From Planctomycetota bacterium (GTDB lineage: Bacteria; Planctomycetota; UBA1135; UBA2386), in contig OZ245838.1 in the NCBI GenBank assembly GCA_965228735.1, positions 2,944,001 to 3,008,000 on the forward strand: a stretch of DNA of 64,000 nt. The letters run 5' to 3'. Positions 58,110 to 64,000 of this stretch are shown here, piece by piece. The translations under genes were made by a program, and so were the position numbers. Positions within the stretch are counted from its first letter, which is position 1, and every line of letters begins with the position of its first letter. The notes under the pieces are model-generated. The model ran no database searches, had not been told where the DNA came from, and was given only the letters and a program-made list of their open reading frames with translations.

Positions 58110-59176
58110 GCGCCGGACTCGGACGCGCCTTCGCGGCGGCGATCGGAATCCTGGCGATTGGGGCGCTGCCGGCGCAGGACCGGGTCTATCGCGTCTATGT
58201 CGCGTGCGAGTCCGCGGACGAGGTGCATCGCGTCGCGTTCGACGGCAAGCACGCGACGGTCGAGAAGGCGATCCGCGTCGGCTATCAGGCGACCGAGATC
58301 GAGGGGCCGCACGGCCTCACGGTCGGTCCCGAGGGCAAGTACTGGTACCTGTCGATCGCGCACGGCAAACCGTTCGGCCTGCTCTACAAGTACCGCACGT
58401 CCGATGACGAGCTCGTCGGCGAGTGCGAGCTCGGCATGTTCCCCGCGACGATGCAGATCAGTGCTCTGACCGGGCTGCTCTACTGCGTCAACTTCAACCT
58501 GCACGGGCGTATGCTGCCGAGCTCGGTGTCGATCGTCGACCCCGACGCGATGGTCGAGGTCGCGCGCACGATGACGGGCGCGATGCCGCACGGCTCGCGG
58601 CTGACGAAGGACGGCACGAAGCACTACTCGTGCGCGATGATGTCGGGCGAGCTGTACGAGATCGACGCCGTGACGTTCGAGGTCACGCGCAACATGCAAC
58701 TCGACGTCGACCTGCCGAAGAACCACGCATCGGTTGCCAAGCCGACCTGGATCCAGCCGCACCCGAAGACCGCGACGGTATGGGCCGCGCTCAACGGCAA
58801 GGCCGAGCTCGTCGAGGTCGACACGGTCGACTGGGTCATCAAGCGCCGATTCGCCTGCGCCAAAGGCCCCTACAACCTCGAGATCACGGGCGACGGCAAG
58901 CTGCTCGTCGTGACCTACAAGACCGCGGGCAAGATCGGCATCTGGGACGTCGAGCAGGGCAAGGAACTCGCCCGGCTCGACTCGAGCCGCCGCGTCACCC
59001 ACGGCGTGGTGATCAGCCCCGACGACCGCTACGCGTTCGTGACCTCGGAGGGCAAGAACGCCGAACCCGGCGCCCTCGACGTCGTCGACCTGCGCACGTT
59101 CAAGATCGCAGCGAGCGTCGAGGTCGGCCTGCAGGCCGGCGGCATCGCGTTCTACGAGATGACGTCGGGCCAGTGA
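58106..59176 (+). CDS. YncE/YVTN-like beta-propeller protein
   Basis: GTGA overlap; YVACES.DEV, EGPHGL, MPHGSR, GPYNL, THGVVISPDDRYAFVT. Confidence 0.82.
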   Translation: MSAGLGRAFAAAIGILAIGALPAQDRVYRVYVACESADEVHRVAFDGKHATVEKAIRVGYQATEIEGPHGLTVGPEGKYWYLSIAHGKPFGLLYKYRTSDDELVGECELGMFPATMQISALTGLLYCVNFNLHGRMLPSSVSIVDPDAMVEVARTMTGAMPHGSRLTKDGTKHYSCAMMSGELYEIDAVTFEVTRNMQLDVDLPKNHASVAKPTWIQPHPKTATVWAALNGKAELVEVDTVDWVIKRRFACAKGPYNLEITGDGKLLVVTYKTAGKIGIWDVEQGKELARLDSSRRVTHGVVISPDDRYAFVTSEGKNAEPGALDVVDLRTFKIAASVEVGLQAGGIAFYEMTSGQ

Positions 59177-59279
59177 CGGAGCAGTAGCGACCCGTCGGGG
59201 ATACGGACGACACGTGTCCGGATCCCGACCACATCCGTCCGTTCGTCGGGTGTGGCACGGCCATTGCGAGAACCCGGCG

Positions 59280-60101
59280 ATGACCAAGACCGCCGCGCCA
59301 TTCTCGACCCGCCTCGCCCTCCTCGCCCCCGCTCTGTTCCTGTGGGCCACTGCCTGCAACAGCGGCGGATCGGGCAACGCCAGCGATTCCAGCCTCTCCA
59401 CGGACCCGGCCAACGCGGGCGAACTCGCCGACGTCCAGCGCGCGATCAACGCGGCCGCACCCGGAGCGACCGTGGAGATCGGCGCCGGCACGTATCGCGG
59501 CCGGCTGGTCGTGCAGAAGAGCGTGCGAATCGTCGGCGCCGGTCGCGGCCTCACTTCGATTCACGGCCCGACATCGTTCGACGACGCGGTGATCGAGATT
59601 CGCAACGGCGCCGACGTGTTCGTTGGGGACCTCGCCGTATCGGGACCCTTCGGCGGGATCCGGGTCCGCGAGTCCACCCGCGTCGTGATCGAGTCGGTCA
59701 CGAGCAGCGCCACCGGCGACGCCGGCATCGAGGTCCGGGAATCATCCGACGTCCAGATCCTCGCCTGCATCAGCACCGGCAACGTCGGGTCCGGCATCCG
59801 CGTCCGCGACGACAGCACGAACGTGCGCATCGACAACTGCGATGTCCGCCAGAACGGCGATCACGGCGTGCGAATCCGCGACACGATCGGCGCGACGGTG
59901 GCGCGAAGCTCGGTCACCGACAACGTCCAGAGCGGCGTGCGCGTCCGCGACTCGCTGGCGATCGAGCTCACGGCGAACGACATCAGCGACAACACCGAGT
60001 ACGGCGTTCGCCTGCGCTCGACCCTGCTCGACCCGAACGACGTCCGCGCGAGCAACGTGATCGCCGGCAACCAGCTCGGCGACGTGCGGGTCGACGAGTA
60101 G
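59280..60101 (+). CDS. Right-handed parallel beta-helix (NosD-like) lipoprotein
   Basis: ATAC lipobox; VQRAINAAAPGATVEIGAGTY; repeated N...G(I/V)R(V/I)R(D/E)S coils. Confidence 0.85.
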   Translation: MTKTAAPFSTRLALLAPALFLWATACNSGGSGNASDSSLSTDPANAGELADVQRAINAAAPGATVEIGAGTYRGRLVVQKSVRIVGAGRGLTSIHGPTSFDDAVIEIRNGADVFVGDLAVSGPFGGIRVRESTRVVIESVTSSATGDAGIEVRESSDVQILACISTGNVGSGIRVRDDSTNVRIDNCDVRQNGDHGVRIRDTIGATVARSSVTDNVQSGVRVRDSLAIELTANDISDNTEYGVRLRSTLLDPNDVRASNVIAGNQLGDVRVDE

Positions 60102-60243
60102 GCGACCAGGAACGGTCGGGCAAGCGCCACGGTCCTCGCGCACTGGCGCTCGTTCGACTGCATCTTCCTGCTTGCGACGACCCGGTGACTGTGCCACGCT
60201 GCGACCTGGGAAAGGAGAGCCCAGAGCCCAAGGAACCGTCCTG

Positions 60244-61221
60244 ATGGCAGAAGACACGACCTGCGACCCTTCGCACCGCTCGGTGCGCAGTCGCATCGGC
60301 AAGACAGTCCAGGCCTCCCCCGAACTCCCGGGCACCTTCCCGAGGCCGTCCGGTCAACGCCTGCAAGTTCCCACCCACGAGCAGTTCTGCTCGATGCTGA
60401 ACAAGGCGTCGACGCCCGCAGACCTCGTCGACCTGGACAAGCTGGTATCGGTCCTGAAGGACGCCGGGCGCCGGTTCCAGATCGCATTCGAGGATGCCGC
60501 CCGAATCGCGGTCTTCGACCTCGAGACGAAGCGGAAGGTCGGGCAGGTCCTGCGCCAAGTCTCTGGCTGGGGAGGAGATCGATCAAGCGACCGCGATACC
60601 CACTTGCACCGACGGTTGATCGAGCAACTGGGCAAGGCACGAGCGAAGCGGTATCGGGAACTCGCTGGAGTGCCGGAGAAGGTGTTCGTCGACTACCTGG
60701 CCGAACGAGCCGGAGAACGCGCGATTCCTAGCGTCACCGGAGCCATCCGCTTCGCACGGGCGAGCAAGAAGGGCAACCCCACGCCCAGGCCACGACCAAG
60801 GCGCAAGAACATCGAGCCGACGGACACCGCGATTCGCAAGTTCATCGATGGAGCGGAGCGACTCCTCGGCCAGTTCGATGTGGTCGTGAACCGGTCGGCG
60901 ATCGGAACTCGCCCCAACGTCGACCCGAAGTCGATGCACTCGTCGTCGTTCACCGGCCGTGTCGTCGTCATCGAGTGCCCTGATCCGGCCAAGTGGCTCC
61001 CGAGGTTTGCAGCGATGAGCTTCAACGCCAGGGTCTCTGACGTGATCGTACTGTTGCCGGCGGCAACCGGCGCCACATGGTTCCAACGACTTTTCGATAG
61101 CAGTTGGATGTGCTGTCTCATGCAAGGCGACGACGCCCTTGCCGCGGCTTACATCGGTGCACGGAAAGCCGGCTTCAAGACCGTGTTCCGCGAGATCGGA
61201 GCCGTGATCCAACACGCCTAG
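60244..61221 (+). CDS. Degenerate phage-type Dam (N6-adenine methyltransferase)-like protein
   Basis: ETKRKVGQVL...GGDRS N-terminal region; C-terminal GRVVV..., IVLLPAATGATWFQRL, YIG....F...F..IG resemble phage Dam, but there is no NPPY or DLDPA. Confidence 0.5.
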   Translation: MAEDTTCDPSHRSVRSRIGKTVQASPELPGTFPRPSGQRLQVPTHEQFCSMLNKASTPADLVDLDKLVSVLKDAGRRFQIAFEDAARIAVFDLETKRKVGQVLRQVSGWGGDRSSDRDTHLHRRLIEQLGKARAKRYRELAGVPEKVFVDYLAERAGERAIPSVTGAIRFARASKKGNPTPRPRPRRKNIEPTDTAIRKFIDGAERLLGQFDVVVNRSAIGTRPNVDPKSMHSSSFTGRVVVIECPDPAKWLPRFAAMSFNARVSDVIVLLPAATGATWFQRLFDSSWMCCLMQGDDALAAAYIGARKAGFKTVFREIGAVIQHA

Positions 61222-61375
61222 ACGGGTTCCCGAAGGCCTGCCGGCGACACCTGCGTCCGGTCGTCGTCAGCTTGACGGATCCGACGATCACACTAGCGTG
61301 CGACTCGGCCGCGACGAGCAACGGACATCCCGTTGATTCGATGTTCGGCCGAGTCAGCTGTTAGAGGAAAAGGCA

Positions 61376-61774
61376 ATGCTTCAGAAACTCGGAGCTTCCA
61401 TCGCGATCGTTCTGATCGCGGCTCTCACGTCGGCGTTCATCCAGGACGAAACCGTCCTCCCCGAGTACCTGTGCGAACCGACCAGTGTCTGCGCAGATTA
61501 CGAAGGCCCCCTCACGGCCTGCGCGGTACGCACCTGGGACCTCGATGGCGACGGTATCTGCGAGGAGACGTGCGAGAAGTGCGCGCCGCTCGGCAACAAC
61601 AACCAGGTGGTCTGGACCTGCGAGCGGTTCGAAGAAACCGAGTGCGTCATCGTTCTCGCGGGCGCGAAATGCTCGGGCTTCTGGCTCGTCTCGCCGTGCC
61701 TGAACGGAGTCTGCGCCCATCTCTTCTCGCCCACGACCGATCCGTGCACGTTCGGCGTACCGGACTGCTTCTGA
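61376..61774 (+). CDS. Cysteine-rich secreted mini-protein (13 Cys)
   Basis: GAGG/AAGG RBS; signal MLQKLGASIAIVLIAALTSA; 13 Cys in about 105 mature residues; DLDGDG loop. Confidence 0.78.
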   Translation: MLQKLGASIAIVLIAALTSAFIQDETVLPEYLCEPTSVCADYEGPLTACAVRTWDLDGDGICEETCEKCAPLGNNNQVVWTCERFEETECVIVLAGAKCSGFWLVSPCLNGVCAHLFSPTTDPCTFGVPDCF

Positions 61775-61804
61775 CCAGACAGTAACGCGACACGGCAACC
61801 AACG

Positions 61805-62494
61805 ATGAAGCCAACGCGAATGCCCTACGTGCTGTTCCTGATCGGCATCGGCCTCTGGGCGGGTGCGCAGTGCGTTTCGAAGAAGCCCCCCATCGCAAGC
61901 CGTGTCGTGGTCGCGGGTGGCCTCCACAAATCGGTGGTGGTCCCCCCGGATCAAGGCCGGCCCACGATCCGCTATCGACTGCACAACAGCGGCGCGGACC
62001 CCGTGGCACGGCCGCACATCCAACGGTCCTGCAACTGCATCGAAGCCACCATCGAGCCCGAGGTGATCCCACCCGGCGGCGACGCCGAGATCGTGCTCGA
62101 GGTGATTCTCGCGCGCCTGGAACGGCAGGCGGGTGAGGGAGTGATCAACGTGCGCTGGTCGGATGGATCCTCCACCCAGCTCTCGTTCGACACCAAGCGT
62201 CAGCGAGTGCCAGCCCTTGCGCTCAGTCCCTCTACCGTCACCAAGCGCGCTGTCGACGCCAACGCGCGCCCCGCCGTGGCGTTCCTTGCCGACTACTTTC
62301 CGGACGAACCTCCGAGCATCCAGGAGTTCGACGTTCGGATGAACAACGATGAGAAGGCACAGCTCGAGAACGTCCGACCAATCGGCAACCACGCCATCGC
62401 CGGCAGCATCGTCCTCGCGGCCCATTCGGTGAGCCAGGGCACGATCGAACTCCAGGCGATGGGCCTGCCTGCAACACGACTTCAGATCCGATGA
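61805..62494 (+). CDS. DUF1573-domain (Ig-like) membrane-anchored protein
   Basis: N-terminal TM; YRLHNSGADPV....IQRSCNC......VIPPGG.AEI signature. Confidence 0.75.
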   Translation: MKPTRMPYVLFLIGIGLWAGAQCVSKKPPIASRVVVAGGLHKSVVVPPDQGRPTIRYRLHNSGADPVARPHIQRSCNCIEATIEPEVIPPGGDAEIVLEVILARLERQAGEGVINVRWSDGSSTQLSFDTKRQRVPALALSPSTVTKRAVDANARPAVAFLADYFPDEPPSIQEFDVRMNNDEKAQLENVRPIGNHAIAGSIVLAAHSVSQGTIELQAMGLPATRLQIR

Positions 62495-63594
62495 ACACAT
62501 CGCAACACCTCGTGACGGGCATCTGCATCACCGCCCTGTCCGCCGCCCTGCTCGGTCAGAGCGCGCCGCTCTCGACCATGCAGTCGATGAGCGAGAACTG
62601 CGCACTCGTCCTGGAGGAGTTCCAGACCAGCAAGGTCGAGGTCCTCGGCCGCAACGTGATCCGATACTCCAAACTCGACGACATGGAGCGAATCGAGTGG
62701 TGGGGTGCAAACGGCGAGGGCGAGACCGATCGTCAACCGCTCTCCGAGCTCACGGTCGAAACCGGGCCGACACCGACCGCGATCGCCTCGATCCGGTCGC
62801 TTCCGAACCGGACCCTGGCATTCGACGGTTTCCGCCAGGTCGACTGGTTCCTGAGCCGGAGCAAGCGCGACCCCTCGCGCCGATCCTGGGCCGCGCTCGC
62901 CGCGGCGGAACCGACGCTCCATGATGAGCGCCCCGGCTTCCTGCGGCTCATGGGACTCGGCCGGCTGGGGACGTGGCTCTGGGACGTCGGACCCGACGGG
63001 CGCAAGCCAGTTTGCCGTCAGCTTGCCACCGATCTGCTCATGGTCGGATACCCGGTCGGCGATCCAGAGGCGCATGCCGGGCTCTTCGCCTTCGACCTCA
63101 TCTACCTCGATCGCACCACCGGATTGCCGCAACGAATCGTCGAGCACATGCCCGCGACGCTCCCGCCAGATACGGTCTCCCCGGCGGATCTGGCGGATCT
63201 GGTGTTCTCCGAGATCGAGGTCGAGGAACGACACGCGAACGGCATCCCGCGACGGGCCACCTGGATCCACCGCAGTGCGGAGCTGCTGGACTTCCGTTGG
63301 GTCTGCCACGAGGCGGCACAACCGGGCGGAGCACTGAACGAACTCCTGGCCGACTCTTCGCACTGTCCGGTCGAGGACACGGAATGGCCGATTCGTCGAG
63401 CCGATCAACTGACCGCGGTGGACGACGCTCAGCAACCTCGGGCCCGGGCGCCCGAGCCGACGGCGCACGTAGCGGATCAGGGCGTCGAGATCGGCACCAT
63501 CGGGTTGGCACTCATGATCGTCGGAGGCTGCTGGGCCGCGGTCCGCGCCCTGCTCGACGCGCGGAATCGAAGGGCAAGCGTACGGGTTGCATGA
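62491..63594 (+). CDS. Hypothetical exported protein with C-terminal TM anchor
   Basis: ATGA overlap; signal-like N-terminus; C-terminal IGTIGLALMIVGGCWAAV followed by basic residues. Confidence 0.65.
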   Translation: MNTSQHLVTGICITALSAALLGQSAPLSTMQSMSENCALVLEEFQTSKVEVLGRNVIRYSKLDDMERIEWWGANGEGETDRQPLSELTVETGPTPTAIASIRSLPNRTLAFDGFRQVDWFLSRSKRDPSRRSWAALAAAEPTLHDERPGFLRLMGLGRLGTWLWDVGPDGRKPVCRQLATDLLMVGYPVGDPEAHAGLFAFDLIYLDRTTGLPQRIVEHMPATLPPDTVSPADLADLVFSEIEVEERHANGIPRRATWIHRSAELLDFRWVCHEAAQPGGALNELLADSSHCPVEDTEWPIRRADQLTAVDDAQQPRARAPEPTAHVADQGVEIGTIGLALMIVGGCWAAVRALLDARNRRASVRVA

Positions 63595-64000
63595 CACGTC
63601 GACTGCGCTGGCTCCCGGCTTCGGTCGCGGTGGTGATCATCCTGGCCACCGCGTGGCTGGCGCTGAGCGGAGCTCTCGACCCATCCGAGCCCGGTCCCAT
63701 CGGTGGTGCGGGCCAGTCCCCGACCCGCCAGGCAGCGCCCGCACCTCGAAGCCCGGCTTCGACGCGCCTCGACCGTTCCGCTGCGGCGCCCGACAGCGCT
63801 CCCGCCGACGAGGAGCTCACGACGACCGGACTGATCGTCCGGGTGACGGACGAGAACGGCTCCCCGCTGGCGGCGGTGCCGGTCCACTGGCAGGTCGACT
63901 CGGACCGTGAAACCCACTCGGACCGGACCGACCGCCAGGGCTTGCTGGTGCAGCACATGGCGGGCGGCCGGATGTTCATCGTCACGGTGGCAGGTCAGAC
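63591..64000 (+). CDS. Membrane-anchored carboxypeptidase-regulatory-like domain protein (5' part; runs off the window)
   Basis: Absent from the ORF track. ATGA overlap; manual translation MTRRLRWLPASVAVVIILATAWLAL...LIVRVTDENGSPLAAVPV...RTDRQG. Confidence 0.65.
   Translation, partial: MTRRLRWLPASVAVVIILATAWLALSGALDPSEPGPIGGAGQSPTRQAAPAPRSPASTRLDRSAAAPDSAPADEELTTTGLIVRVTDENGSPLAAVPVHWQVDSDRETHSDRTDRQGLLVQHMAGGRMFIVTVAGQ

Noticed and set aside
60102..64000. Prophage or integrative element
   Set aside because: No integrase, att/tRNA site or structural genes are visible; only a compositional shift and one phage-like remnant.

Overview
A GC-rich bacterial chromosomal window with about 60 densely packed protein-coding genes. 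I see no rRNA, tRNA, CRISPR array, integrase or transposase. Gene content (several ECF sigma/anti-sigma pairs, secreted prenyltransferase-repeat proteins, DUF1573 and many secreted multidomain proteins) suggests Planctomycetota, probably an uncultured lineage; this is inference. Housekeeping genes include ETF-QO (partial), mdh, gmhA, queG, queA, thiE, rlmH, gdhA, yjbQ, an IGHMBP2-like helicase and two radical SAM enzymes. The main candidates for undescribed biology are: (1) a ~120-aa C-terminal domain shared by unrelated signal-peptide proteins, possibly a lineage-specific sorting signal; (2) two ECF sigma factors translationally coupled to membrane anti-sigmas with leucine-rich-repeat ectodomains, one followed by a soluble paralog of that ectodomain; (3) a compositionally distinct right-end locus with a degenerate phage Dam-like protein, a 13-Cys secreted mini-protein, DUF1573 and coupled exported proteins; (4) a cytoplasmic pseudo-kinase/ECF/ZAS-TPR module; (5) two families of inverted-repeat elements, a triplicated queA start region and a Streptomyces ptipA-like MerR promoter. 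All family assignments come from recognising motifs by eye; no searches were run.
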